A stretch of 64,000 nt of DNA from Hemiscyllium ocellatum. Its lineage: Eukaryota. This document shows positions 12,290 to 24,529 of the stretch, in pieces (position 1 is the stretch's first letter; each line of letters begins with the position of its first letter). The notes below the pieces were generated by a model. That model made no database searches. It saw only the letters and a list, made by a program, of their open reading frames with translations, and was not told the DNA's origin. The DNA lies in contig NC_083447.1 of assembly GCF_020745735.1 (NCBI RefSeq), positions 21,346,755-21,410,754 on the forward strand, written 5' to 3'. The position numbers and the translations under genes were made by a program.

Positions 12290-13800
12290 AAGGTATGTGG
12301 AGGTGAATTCAGTGGAGCAGGCTAAGATGATAGGTCAGCTGGGGTAGTCAGGCTTGTGGACCTTGGGTAGGAGGTAGAACTGTGTAGGAATCCTGAACTG
12401 TAAGGTTGGAAACCGTGGGTGGGAGATCTCCTGAGGTGATGAGGTTGTGTATGGTCTGAGACATGATGGTTTGTGATGGGAGATGAGGTTGTGGTTGAGG
12501 GGGTGGTAGGAGGAGGTGTCTTCAAGTTGGCACCTGGCTTCAATGGTGTAGAGGTCAGTGAGCCAAACTACCACTGCACTCCACTTGTCCGCTGGTTTAA
12601 TGGTGAGGTTGGGGTTGAAACAGAAAGAGTGGAGGACTGCATGTTGTGAGAGGTTGGAGTGGGTGAGGGGAGTGGAGAGGTTGAGGCGGTCAATGTCTCG
12701 GCGGCAGTTGGAAATGAAGAGGTTGAGGGCACGTAACACACCGGTACAGGATGTCCAGGTAGATGGAATGTGTTGGAGGTGAGTGAAGAGGTCCTCGGAA
12801 GGTGGGTGGGAGTCTTGATTGAAAAAGTAAGCTCAGAGGTGGAGGCAGCAGAAGAAGTGTTCAACATCACAATGCGTGTTGAATTCTGTGAACAGAGGGG
12901 GGTGGAGGTAAGGTTTTTGCTAAGGACTGATCGTTCGTCCTCAGTGAGGGAGAGGTCTGGGGGAATGGTAAAAACTGCATGGCTGGGACCTAGGATCTGG
13001 TATAGGGCTAGAGCAGGGAGCAGGGCCAGAGACTGTAACTAGAGTGGACGTGGTAATGGGACTAGGGGTGACAACATTTGCGGATGTGATGCTCACCCCA
13101 GGGTTCTTGGGGGTGAAGGTGGTGACACTGGGATCTGCGGGGGGTGGGGACATGTCGGCGGTGTACAGGTGAGTGGCGTCAGTGGAACAGGATGTGGTTG
13201 CAACAATGGCAGCTGCAGGGATGGAAGAGGCGGAATGTGTAGCGTTGGTGATGGCGAAGGGGACAGAAATGGCTGTGGCAGCGGCCACAAAGTGGGTGGA
13301 CATCGTGGAGCGTGTGGTGTGGGTGATGTCGGGGGAGGTGGAAGTGATTGTGGCAGTGGCAGCAGAGAGGCCGTGTTGTTCTGGTTGAGCCTTGCATTGG
13401 TCTTGGCGGCAGCGGATCTCGTAGTGGTCACAGCGGCAGTTGTCTGGCTGGCGGTCGCAGAGACAACTGCGGGCTGTCGGATGGTGGGGAAGGAGATGAC
13501 ATAATCGTTCACTGTGGTGATGATGGCTGGCACAACCTTGTGGCAGATGGTGGCCGAGCAGTTCTGGAGGCCGGGGAAGCTCCTGGAATGTTCGAGGCAT
13601 GCTGACCATTGAGGTGGGTATATGAAAGTTTGTTGTACTTATAATCTTTGGTGTTTGATATGGTGTAGAAAAAGCATTTGTTAAGTGTGTGAATTCTTCT
13701 GAGGATGTAATGCAGTAGTGATCCTTTGCAGTTCTGAGACAGTGTGGCCCTCAGTTGAGGCAGGGCTGATTGTAGAGTGTTGGACTTAGGCTCAATCTAC
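12290..13800 (-). mobile_element. Penelope-like element, N-terminal ORF and RT start (degenerate)
   Basis: LFISNCRRDIDRLNLSTPLTHSNLS..NPNLTIKPADKWSAVVVW..DLY..EARCQL.DTSSY..FYLLPKVHKP matches the Penelope RT-proximal motif IKPADKG..VV. Confidence 0.85.
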
Positions 13801-13814
13801 CAACTTACTTTCTT

Positions 13815-14425
13815 CTATGTGTGAGCCCAGTCCTGCGTGTTCTTTAAATGAAGCAATAGGAGAAAATATTCAATCTCACACTCTTAGTTTTATTTTAGCA
13901 GTAAGTGGATAAAATATAAAGAGCTCTGGGTCTAAACCTTTCTGTCCCTGACAAACTACAAAATGTGTCAGTTCAAAAAAGTAAGACGAATTCCTGCCCC
14001 TGACCCAGTCTTTTATACAATAAAAAACGTCATGCAATCACTGAGGTAGGATTGCCTTCTGATTGGCTGTTGATCTGACTCCATTCTCCGCCTCCTCACA
14101 TTCCCGGATGTCCGACCCCATGTAACCTTCTTTTGCCCGCGAAACAGAGCACCTCGTGACCTCCTTCGGCCCGCGAAACGGAACACGACATGACCTCCTC
14201 GCCTGCGAAATGGAACACCACATGACCTCCTCGCCTGCGAAATGGAACACCACGTGACCTCCTCGCCCGTGAAACGGAGCACCACGTGACCTCCTCGCAC
14301 TCTTCCGGAGCATTACGTGATCTCCTTCTGCGCACGCCATACACCACCACCACAGGCCTCCGAACGCCAAGCACATCCACACTCGCAGCCAGCAATCTAT
14401 TCTACAAGTAACCCATATATTTACA
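13815..14425 (-). mobile_element. 3' LTR of endogenous retrovirus relic 3
   Basis: Minus-strand PPT (AAAAGGAGGACT, 14426-14437) is followed by TG at 14425; TATAAAA near 14011-14017; AATAAA near 13888-13893. The distal end is approximate. Confidence 0.7.
14119..14335. repeat. Tandem repeat, ~32-bp unit, about 6-7 degenerate copies, in the U3 of the ERV LTR
   Basis: Unit CATGACCTCCTCGCCTGCGAAATGGAACACCA; copies start at 14155, 14189, 14221, 14253, 14285 and 14316. Confidence 0.9.
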
Positions 14426-14441
14426 AGTCCTCCTTTTGGTC

Positions 14442-14965
14442 TCATGAAAATGAGAACAAAAAAACAGTTTTATACATCACATTCGCTCTCCGACGCATAG
14501 TCTTCCTTCTTGCCAGAGCCATGGTTTCTGTCTCCATCTGTGACATCTGGTAGGGCGGGGGAGCCTTCCCTTCAATTGCTGTAATGATTACCCTGTTCAA
14601 CAAAGATCTAATACATGGGATAAAACAACATCCACACAACACTAACACAATGATCATACCAACGAGGGACATAAACACAGACACAATTAATCCTTTCCAT
14701 TTCCCAAACCATGAGTCGAAAATGCCTCCTAGACGGTTGTCAATATCTGAATGTTCATGCATTTCTTCAGACAAGGTTCTTAGTCCTTCCAGGGCTCTGG
14801 TTACCAAGCCATCAGGTGCTGTACTGTTGGGGGATGAATGTACAACATTGATCTCCAAACATAGAGCACACTCCCCCCTTTTCTGCTAACAACATATCTA
14901 AGGCCATTCTATTTTGTATCAGATTAAAAGATGTTACTAAAACAGAATTTATCTTCTTACCTTCT
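14442..14965 (-). pseudogene. env: Retroviral env TM, relic 3 (fish epsilon-like), frameshifted
   Basis: IQNRMALDMLLAEKGGVCSMFGDQCCTFIP / NSTAPDGLVTRALEGLRTLSEEM..WFGKWKGLIVSVFMSLVGMIIVLVLCGCCFIPCIRSL, split across two frames. Confidence 0.88.
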
Positions 14966-15079
14966 TGCTCGTCAACACTGCTCTGCTTGACATTGGCCAG
15001 GATCTCTATAACAGACTTCTGGATATCTGTAAGGGACTCCAGGCCCACCAATATTGATGCCATCACCCAGCCCACCAAT

Positions 15080-15600
15080 CCAGGTCTGTCCTTTATCTTA
15101 AATCTATGTCCCCAGTCACTGATCTCTCCATCAAGGGAGAGGTTCCTTCCTGTCTACTATACCTATACTCCTTATGGTTTTATACATCTCAATTGTGCCC
15201 CCTCTCAATCTCCTCTGTTCTTAAAAAACAACTCCTTTCTATCCAATTTCTCTTCATAAGGAAACTCTCCAGCCCAGGTAACATCCTGGTAAATCTCCTG
15301 TACACTCTCTTGAGTGCTATCACATCCACCTGAAAATGTGAATTTCAGAACTGCACACAATACACTAGTTGTGGCCTAACCAACATTTTATACAGTTCCA
15401 GCATGATTACCCTCCTCTTAAACTCTATACCTCAACTAATAAAGCTGAGTATCCCATATCCTTTCTGAACCATTTTATCCACCACCTGTCTGTGGATGTA
15501 TACATCAAGGATGTTCTGATCCTTAGTGCTTCCCAGGATCCCTCTGTGTGGTATGTACTCCATTGCCTTGTTTGTCTTGTCCAAGTGCATCAGCTCACAT
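15080..15600 (-). mobile_element. Old CR1-group LINE 3' fragment
   Basis: Degenerate RT C-terminal sequence (AACATCCTGGTAAATCTCC..CAGAACTGCACACAATAC), parallel to the CR1 at 6700-7050. Confidence 0.65.
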
Positions 15601-16614
15601 TTGTCTGTACTGAATTACTTAGAAAAATAAAGAAATAAATAGTCCAGCAGGAATAAATTAGAAAAATAAGTAAGTAAAAGATTGAGAGTGTCAGTCTTTT
15701 CAACCCAGTCCATGCTGACATTTAGCCTCAAAGGCAACTTCTACTGCTTTGCCGCTGAACCTTTATCTCTGAGCCTGAGGGTAGAGATTATTATGGAACC
15801 AGATGCCACAGGACCTATAGCATCCAATGATGCTTAGAGCATTCAGAATGACAATTATGTTTATGTCTTGTGTGCTTTCTTCACAGCCAGCTTCCCCCCA
15901 CCCTCAACCTAAACATGAAGAGATCTTGAAGAGAGAACGCAACTGATTGATTGGAGAAGAGCCAATAACCACAGGAGCCAGCTACTTCAAATATGAAGAC
16001 AGTGAATAGTACATTTGACTGAGAAACAGGCAAAGTATTTTGTTGCTAGAAGTAAACAAACAGACTTGAACATTTTAATGGAAGATATCAGTGAAATATT
16101 CATTTGTTGGAACTAAGCCAACAGATTTTTATTCATGATATTTTGTCCACCTATTAAGTATGAAATAATTTCATGTAAACATTTAGTTTTCTTGTCATCA
16201 TTTCAAATATGTGCCCATTTTAAATATGTACAAGTAAACTAACTAAGGACATGAGCATTTTGAATGAGTCAACAATTTATTCTCTTCAACTTGGAAGCAA
16301 GGAAATATCAGTCAAGTAGGCTGTTTTATAAAAGACAGGAAGTTCAATCACATGCACATACCAAGTTTGAAAGATGTGCCACATAGCTGCTGGATAGATA
16401 TATTCAGGCTCCTCCTTTATGCAGGAATATGGAAGGTATATCTGAAATGGTGTCCTTCCTAGCTTGGGACATGGAGCACTGTTTAGGTCATGACGGATAT
16501 AGCATTGTGCAATTGTGATCAGGCATGGGTGTCAAAGGTCATCAGCCTGGTAATAACTCTCTGATTGGTTCCAGGGCAGCTAAGCACCTTGTGGATGTAA
16601 AAGGGGCAGTAATG

Positions 16615-17790
16615 TGTCAAAAAGTCAGAGGTGTACAGCACAGAAACAATCATTCTGTCCAACTTGTCCATGCCGACTGAACATCCTAAATTAATCGAGT
16701 CCCAGCACTTGACCCATATACCTTTAAACTTTCCTATTCTTGAGCTGTCAGATGAAGTGGTGGAGGCTGGTAAAAGTACGGCATTTAAATGGCATCTGGA
16801 AGGGTATATGAATAAGAAGGGTTTAGAGGGATATGAGCAAAGTGCTGGCAAATGGAACTAGATTAAATTAGGATATCTGGTCGGCATGGACGAGTTGGAC
16901 CGAATGATTTGTGCTGGATATCTCAATGACTCTATGACTCTTCCCTCAATAATCCTCTTTGTTACGTCTTCAAAATCTCAAACAAGTTAGTGAGACATGA
17001 TTTCCCATGCACAGAGCCATGTTGTCTATCCATAATCTGTCCTTGCCTTTCCAAATACATGGAAATCCTATCCCTCAGGATTCCCTTTAACACCATGCCC
17101 ACCACTGATGTCAGATTCACCAGTCTATAGTTCCCTGGCTTTTCCTTACAACCTTTCTTAAATTGTGGCAACACATTAGCAAACCTTCAGTCATCCAGCA
17201 CCTCACCTGTGGTTATTGATGATACAAATAGCTCAGGAAGGGGCTCAGCAATCACTTCCCTAGCTTCCCACAGTGTTCTGATAAGGTCAAGGGGATTTAT
17301 CCACCCTTATGCATTTTAAGACATCCAGCACTACCACTTTTGTAATATGGACATTTTTCAAGATGTCATAATCTATTTCCCCATATTCTGTATCTTCCAT
17401 GTCCTTCTCCGTAGTAAACACTGATGCAAAATACTCCTTTAGTATCTCCCCCACCTCCTGCGGTTCCACACATAGACTGCCTTGTTGATCTTTGAGGGGG
17501 CCCTGTTCTCTTCTCAGTTATTCTTTTGTCCTTAATGTATTTGTAAAATATCTTTTGATTCTCCTTAATTCTATTTGCCAAACTATTTCAGGTCCCCTTT
17601 TTGCCCTCCTGATTTCCCTCCTAAATGTACTCTTACTGCCTCTATTCTCTTCTAAGGATTCATTCGATCTCTGCTGTTATACCTGACATATGCTTCCTTC
17701 TTTTTCTTGACTAAAACCTCAATTTCTGTAGTCATCCAGCATTTCATACACCTACCAGTCTTGCCTTTCACTTTAACAGGAACATACTGT
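16615..17790 (-). mobile_element. Cluster of old CR1 fragments; 16740-16940 is a plus-strand CR1 3' end
   Basis: Minus ORF 16962-17174 KKGCKEKPGNYRLVNLTSVVG..QHGSVHGKSCLTNL; MEPQEVGEILKEYFASVFT; plus-strand tail ending GACTCTATGACTCT. Confidence 0.8.
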
Positions 17791-18254
17791 CTCTGGACTC
17801 TCATTATCTCATTTTCATTGAAAGTTTTGAGTTCAGAATTCCAAATTCATTTCGTTGCACACAGAACACTTTTCACCCTCTGTTGCATATTTCCTGAACT
17901 CACCTCTGAAAATAGCCAGTACTGATTTCATAAAATTTCATAGCCTACAGTGGGATCAGTTGCAGACAAGCCACTGCCAACAGGCTGTCACCTCAATTCT
18001 AGTGGGTGTAATGGGTGGAGGTTGGGGGCTGCTGGTGAAGGGCTTGTTAAAGCCTCATTATTCCAGTCTACCCTCTTGTTTCTGTCAGTTATTTCAAAAG
18101 AGCAGATCAGATCATTTCAAGACATTAGGCTTCATCAATCTCTCTGGAAATTGTTAAACTGCCTTAAAGTCAAATATGTCCATGTGATCGAGTTAGTACA
18201 TGTTACTGAGTCTGATGATCCAGTTTAACTGGACACCAGGATAATTTTCTTTAA

Positions 18255-18520
18255 CATAGAACCCCTACAGCATGGAAGCAGGCCATTCGGTCTGTCAAAG
18301 TCACAACAACCCTCCAAAGAGGATCCCACCCAGACCTAACCTCATCTCTGTAACCCTGCATTTCCCAAGGCCAATACACTGAGCCGGCACATCTTTGGAC
18401 TGTGGGAGGAAACCGGAGCACCCAGCGGAGAATGTGCAAACTCCACACAGGTAGTCACACGAGGTGGAATTGAACCTGGATCCCTGGAACTTTGAGGTAA
18501 TAGTGGCAACCAGTGAGCCC
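18255..18520 (-). mobile_element. HE1-like SINE, degenerate
   Basis: Reverse complement of the SINE core (GGACTGTGGGAGGAAACCGGAGCACCC..TGCAAACTCCACACAG..GAATTGAACC). Confidence 0.85.
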
Positions 18521-18904
18521 AACAATGTTTATGTAATATTTATTGAAAAAAACCCTCTCCCTATCGCTTCAGATATTTTTCTTTATTCTTTCATGGGAAA
18601 TTGGTTTAGCTGGCCAGATAGCATTTGTTCCCCATCGAAACTGCCATTGCACTGAGTGGATTTCAGTAAATAGTTAAGAACTGGATCTGGAATCACATGT
18701 AGGACAGGTAAGGTAAGAATGGCAGATTTCCTTCCCTGAAGTGCATTAGTAAATTAGATAGGTTAGTCAGTGGCAATTTCATGGTAACACCGACAGACTG
18801 TTCTTACATCTCAGATCACTAGTTGCTGTGATGAGATTCGAACCTATGTCCCCAGCACATTATTCCAAGTCCACTAACCTTTCATGCACTGGTATAGACA
18901 CCCT

Positions 18905-21115
18905 CTAGGAAAGGAACCACAGAGAAGGAGAGGATTGGGCAAAATGGGAGGATATTTAATTGGGGAAGAGGAAACTATGATGCGATTAGACATGAGTTAG
19001 GAAGCATGGATTGGGAGCAATTGTTCAATGGTAAAGGCACTAAAGACATGTGGAGACTGTTTAAGGAAGAGTTGTTGCAAGTGATGAATAAATATGTCCC
19101 TTTGAGACAGGCAAGAAGTGGTAAGATAAAGGAACCTTGGATGACAAGAGCGGTGGAGCTTCTCGTCAAAAGGAAAAAGGTAGCTTACATAAGGTGGAGG
19201 AAGCTAGGGTCAAGTTCAGCTCTACAGGATTACAGGCAGGCGAGGAAGGAGCTCAAAAATGGTCTGAGGAGAGCCGGGAGAGAGCACAAGAAAGGCTTGG
19301 CAGAACAGATTAGGGAGAACGCAAAGGCATTTTACACTTACGTGAGGAATAAGAGAATGGCCAAAGAAAGAGTAGGGCTGATTAGGGATAGCATAGGGAA
19401 TTTGTGTGTGGAGTCTGAGGAGGTAGGGGAAGCCTGAATGAGTTTTTTGCTTCTGTTTTTACAATAGAAATGAACTTTGTAGTGAATGAAACCTTTGAAG
19501 AGCAGGTGTGCATGCTGGAATGGATAGAGATAGAGGAAGCTGATGTGCTGAAAATTTTGTCAAACATTAAGATTGAACAAGTAGCCAGGCCCAGACCAGA
19601 TTTGTCCTCGGCTGCTTTGAAAAATGAGAAATGCAATTGCTTCACCACTTGCGAAGATCTTTGCATCCTCACTCTCCACTGGAGTAGTATCTGAGGACTG
19701 GAGAGAGGCAAATGTAATTCCTCTCTTCAAGAAAGGAAATAGGGAAATCCCCAGCAATTACAGACCAGAAAGTCTCACCAGTCTGTCGTCTGCAAGGTGT
19801 TAGAAAGGATTCTGGGAGATAGGATTTATGACCATCTGGAAGAGCATGGCTTGATCAAATGCAGTCAACATGGCTTTGTAAGGGGCAGGTCACGCCTCAC
19901 AAAACTTTTCGAGTTCTTTGAGGATGTGACTAGAAAAGTTGATGAGGGTTGAGCTGTGGTTGTGGTGTACATGGACTTCAGCAAGGCATTTGATAAGGTT
20001 ACCCATGGTAGGCTCATTCAGAAGATCAGGAGGAATGGGATTCAGGGGAACTTAGCAGTCTGGATACAGAATTGGCTGGCCAACAGAAGACGGTGAGTGG
20101 TAGTAGAAGGAAAATATTCTGCCTGGAAGTCTGTGGTGAGTGGTGTTCCACAGGGCTCTATCCTTGGGTCTCTACTGTTTGTAATTTTTATGAATGACTT
20201 AGATGAGGGGATTGAAGGATGAGTCAGCAAGTTTGCAGATGACACAAAGGTTGGATGTGTCATTGGCAGTACAAAGGGCTGTTGTAGGCTGCAGCGGGAC
20301 ACTGACGGGATGCAGAGATGGGCTGAGAGGTGGCAGATGGAGTTCAACCTGGAAAAATGCGAGGTGATGTATTTTGGAAGGTTGAATTTGAAAGCTGAGT
20401 ACAGGATTAAGAATAAGATTCTTGGCAGTGTGGAGGAACAGAGGGATCTTGGTGTGCAGGTACACAGATCCCTTAAAATGGCCACCAAGTGGACAGGGTT
20501 GTTAAGAAAGCATATGGTGTTTTGGCTTTCATTAACAGGGGGATTGAGTTTAAGAGTCATGAGATCTTGTTGCAGCTCTATAAAACTTTGATAAGACCAC
20601 ACTTGGAATACTGCATTCAGTTCTGGTCGCCCTATTATAGGAAAGATGTGGATGCTTTGGAGAGGATTCAGAGGAGGTTTACCAGGATGCTCCCTGGACT
20701 GGAGGGCTTATCTTATGAAGGGAGGTTGACTGAGCTTGGACTTTTTTCATTGGAGAAAAGGAGGAGGAGAGGGGACCAAATTGAGATATACAAGATTATG
20801 AGAGGCATAGGTAGAGTCGATAGCCAGAGATTATTTCCCAGGGCAGAAATGACTAACACGAGGGGTCATAGTTTTAAGCTGGTTGGAGGAAAGCATAGAG
20901 GGGATATCAGAGGCAGGTTCTTTACACAGAGAGTTGTGAGAGCATGGAATGCGTTGCCAGCAGCAGTTGCGGAAGCGAGGTCATTGTGGACATTTTAAGA
21001 GACTGCTGGACATGCATATGGTCACAGAAATTTGAGGGTACAAACATGAGGATCAGTGGTCGGCACAACATCATGGGCTGAAGGGCCTGTACTGTGCTGT
21101 ACTGTTCTATGTTTT
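18905..21115 (+). mobile_element. 5'-truncated CR1 LINE, ORF2 with many stops and frameshifts
   Basis: MDWEQLF..KEPWMTR..KAFYTYVRNKR; QHGF; SKFADD; LIRPHLEYCIQFWSPYYRKD; tail CTGTACTGTGCTGTACTGTTCTATG. Confidence 0.92.
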
Positions 21116-21244
21116 ATTATACTTTACTCCAATGCTGCACACCATACCAAATCAGAAAGAGAGGGTAGGCGGTTTCTCTTACAAGTAACTGAATAGGTCA
21201 AATTGATCTCCCCCCTCCCTCCGCCCCGCCTCCTGGCAAACAGC

Positions 21245-21295
21245 TCACCTGGACTTGTCACAGTGACTCGGGGATGCAACTGTTCAATAAGAATC
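21245..21295 (+). pseudogene. V-gene 3'-end remnant with degenerate RSS
   Basis: CCTGGACTTGT then CACAGTG (21259-65), a 21-bp spacer starting ACTC and ending TTCA, then ATAAGAATC. Downstream GCAGGAAACACCTG..GATAAA is shared with 35517 and 59100. Confidence 0.65.
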
Positions 21296-23046
21296 CCCAG
21301 AGTAGGCAGGAAACACCTGCTAACGATAAAGCCAGATAGAGCAAAATCTTGTTTCTCTTCTGAAGACTGAGCGTGCTTATTCCAACAAGAAACAGGTTAC
21401 TATGAAAGTGAGGGAATATATTTAGAATTTCTGGTGATAAAGAAATGCAGATACTATCTGCAAAGTATAACAGTCAAAATGCTGGCAATTTATCCTATGT
21501 GTTTCTACATAGGGTCTGTAGATGGCGCTCTATGGCCAAGAACGAAAGCAGTACTGGTACCTGGTGTGACAAGAATATAAGGACAGGAGAAACCATTTGA
21601 CTCTGGACCAATATCATTGGGAAAGAAAGGAGATAATTCAGTCCCTGCATGGAAACGAGTATTCAGTATAGAACAAGAAAAGGTTCATTCATCTTCAAAA
21701 CCGTCAGCATCTAAAGGCCATTCGGTCGTTTAATTAGATCAGGGCAGGGTTGTTTCTAAGCTCCAGTTACTCATCTTTATTTTGCAGTTTTCTTTACCAT
21801 AATAAAAAAAAGGATCAATTTGAGTGGTGACAGTGCCAACTGAATTTCAGCTTCCGGAGGTTATTGTGATAGAGCGTTCGCGAGACCCAACGCAATTTGT
21901 ATGGATGCTGAGCCTAAACTTGATCAACCCTCAGGATAAACGGTTTCTCTCTCCATGTTCCATCAAATCATCTTATTTCTCTTGAGTAGGTGATAATGCG
22001 AGTGCCTAAATTCAAGGGGGAAAAAAAACAATCCTGACTGGAGATTGATCTGTCCCGGAAACAGGTTAGTGATCTTAGGGTACTGAACAGACCATTCGGT
22101 CCCTCAAGCCTACTCCGCGATTCAATGAGATCCAGGTTGATCTGATTGGCCTAAACTTCATGTTCTCGCTTTTCATCACACCCCAAACACTCTTTTATCT
22201 GCCTACGTGCAAAACCCTCTCATCCTTGAGTCTATTCAATGATTCAGTTGCTCTCTGCTGAAGCGAATTCCACGCTATTCTCTGCGAGAAAACAAAGACT
22301 GCTTCTCATACGGACGGTGGGAGGGGGGATGCGGAGGGACGATTTCTCAGCATTTGATAACCCCTCTGATACAATTCAGTACAAATGAAATGTCTTTTAA
22401 GTTTCGAAGACTTTACCTCCGATTCTTCTAAACTCCAATTTGAAGTTTATTCCAACATGTTGTGAATCTGCCAGCGAGGGCGAGTTGATCCTCTCTATGA
22501 AACAGGCCGGAAATCATTTTTGCATTATAAGTAGTTCACTTGAATCACATTTCAATATTTCACTTTGAAGTGAAGTGCCCGTGTTGGACTGGCTCTCGTC
22601 AATCAGGTTTACTTGAAATCACGAGCTTACTTCAGGTGAAATGAAGAAGGAAAGGGCAACGCTCGGAAAGCTTGTGATTTCAAATAAGTTTGTTGGATAT
22701 AACCTGGTGTCGTGCGATTTGCAGATTGAAGGGTATGACAGACGTGCTTATGTAGTCTGTATTGTTAATTTCCCCTCCACGCCTTCTGTTGTCTGGTGAA
22801 TCTGAGCTGCGACCCGCTCCACAGTTTGTCCACTCCGCAACCCCTCCTTTGGATCTTGCTGTTCCTAATAGACCCTCATTATCCAATTAGGGGATGAGGG
22901 GCGTGGCTGATAACAAAACGGGGCGGGACTATCAATCTGATTGGGCGGGATCTGGATATCGATCAGAGTGAGGAGCGGAGCAATGTATTTTCAATGCTGT
23001 CTTGCCGCTGATAAACGTTGTTTGAATGGGAACCTTAAAGTGGAAG

Positions 23047-23570
23047 ATGCATCTGTTGGTGGCTCTGTTCATCATGTTTCACTGTAAGGGTCTCGACAAA
23101 TAAAACAAATCCTAACATCTAACTTTTTTTCTGCTGGCTGTCCTTCCCATCTGCTGTTTTTCTTTCTGTTGCCTTTTCTCTCAATTACACTTAATTTGTC
23201 TTGTTTCTCTTATTTATTTTTTCCTCCAAGCGTTCAATTTCCTGACCTCTGCTGCTCCCTTGTCTTTGCCTCAGATGTGACATCGCGGACAATCCATCAG
23301 ACTCCCGCTGCCGTCTCCCAACTCCCAGAGACGAGAGTGAAGCTGCAGTGCCGTGTGGAGACAGCAAGTAGCATTAACATATTCTGGTACAGACAGGTCC
23401 CGGGAAAGGGGCTGCAGCTGATGTTTTACTCCAGTATCGCAAGTCACGTGGATCCAAAGGAGCCGGTGGACGGTTTCACCGCCAAGAGACCAAATAACAA
23501 CGAGTTTAACCTGGAGACCTCCAGCCTGTGGTTGAACAATTCGGCCGTGTATTACTGTGCCTGGAGTATT
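23047..23570 (+). CDS. TRBV: TCR V segment V1 (TRBV30-like), apparently functional
   Basis: Leader exon 23047-23083 MHLLVALFIMFH, GT-AG intron, V exon 23275-23570 VTSRTIHQTPAA..LQCRVE..FWYRQVPGKGLQLMFYS..GFTAKRPNNNEF..YYCAWSI; in frame; 23-RSS follows. Confidence 0.9.
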
Positions 23571-23609
23571 CACAGTGACTCAGAGAGAGGGAGTAGCTCA
23601 ACAAAAACC
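23571..23609 (+). other. 23-RSS of V1
   Basis: CACAGTG + ACTCAGAGAGAGGGAGTAGCTCA (23 bp) + ACAAAAACC. Confidence 0.97.
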
Positions 23610-24529
23610 CCAAAGGTTGCACGAAACAACCGCGAATGACATCACTCATCGCCTCAGCTCGTCTTACTGGTGTCTGCATCGTAAACGGAGCATTTTGCTC
23701 TGTTAATTAAGAGCAACGGGTTAAATGTAGAACACAGGAGGTGCATAGAATGACATTGTAAATGATGACATCAGAGAGGACAGGTTATAACTGACTGAGG
23801 GTTGGAATGCTCTCTCCTAAACGGAAGCCTGATGAGGGAGAAAGAAATCAAATAATTTGTTCATACATGGAAGCAAATGTAAATGGGAAGAGGGTGTTGA
23901 ATAAACATTAGCACTCCGATGCGGGCTGAATGGCCTCCATTTGGGATATACATTTCCTGCATTTAGAGTCGATCTCAATGTCATTCGTTGCCCGCCCTTA
24001 GTTGCCCTTGAACTGAATGCCTTGATGGGCCATTTGAAAGGGCAATTAAGAGTCAAATATATTCCTGGGGTCCGGAGGTAGACCAGATCGGATTGGTGAC
24101 CCCAGATTTCATTTCCTAGATGTATTTTTTTTTACAGCAAATCCATAATAGAGTCATTAAGATGTACAGCACGGAAACAGATGAAGTGCTGTAGTGTGAT
24201 TTAAACTAAAATCACTAAAACACGAGCCAGAGCTTGGGGATTAATAGGCCAGTTGCATTATCACCACTCCACCAGCTCCCCAGAAATAATCTGTGGTATA
24301 GAAATACTGTTTGGCGAGGGAATCCCGCAATAATTAGTGCGGGAATACACGTGACTGAACGGCTTTGGACATGGCCCTCTCTACAGCTCGCATCTAGTGA
24401 ATTTGGCAGGTGTTTCAAGCGAGTGTCTTGACTTCTAATCGAAGACATTTATCTAGAGCAGGAATTTGCAAAATAATCCACAAACCATTAACTGTTGTAT
24501 GGACAAAAGACGCTAATTAAGGATGAATT

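Noticed and set aside
12941-13609. Several overlapping Thr/Pro/Gly-rich ORFs resembling mucin or low-complexity proteins
   Set aside because: They fall inside the Penelope-like element's low-complexity N-terminal region, and all frames are open because of composition.
14119-14335. CRISPR-like array
   Set aside because: The units are contiguous with no unique spacers, the context is a eukaryotic ERV LTR, and there are no cas genes.
15870-15960. Possible terminal exon after a TTCTTCACAG acceptor (SFPHPQPKHEEILKRERN*)
   Set aside because: Too short, no recognisable homology, and no partner exons found.
23553-23559. Embedded TACTGTG heptamer at the YYC codons of V1 (also V8), as in VH-replacement cryptic RSSs
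   Set aside because: It follows from Tyr-Cys codon usage. In V1, where I checked the 12-bp position, there is no nonamer-like sequence.
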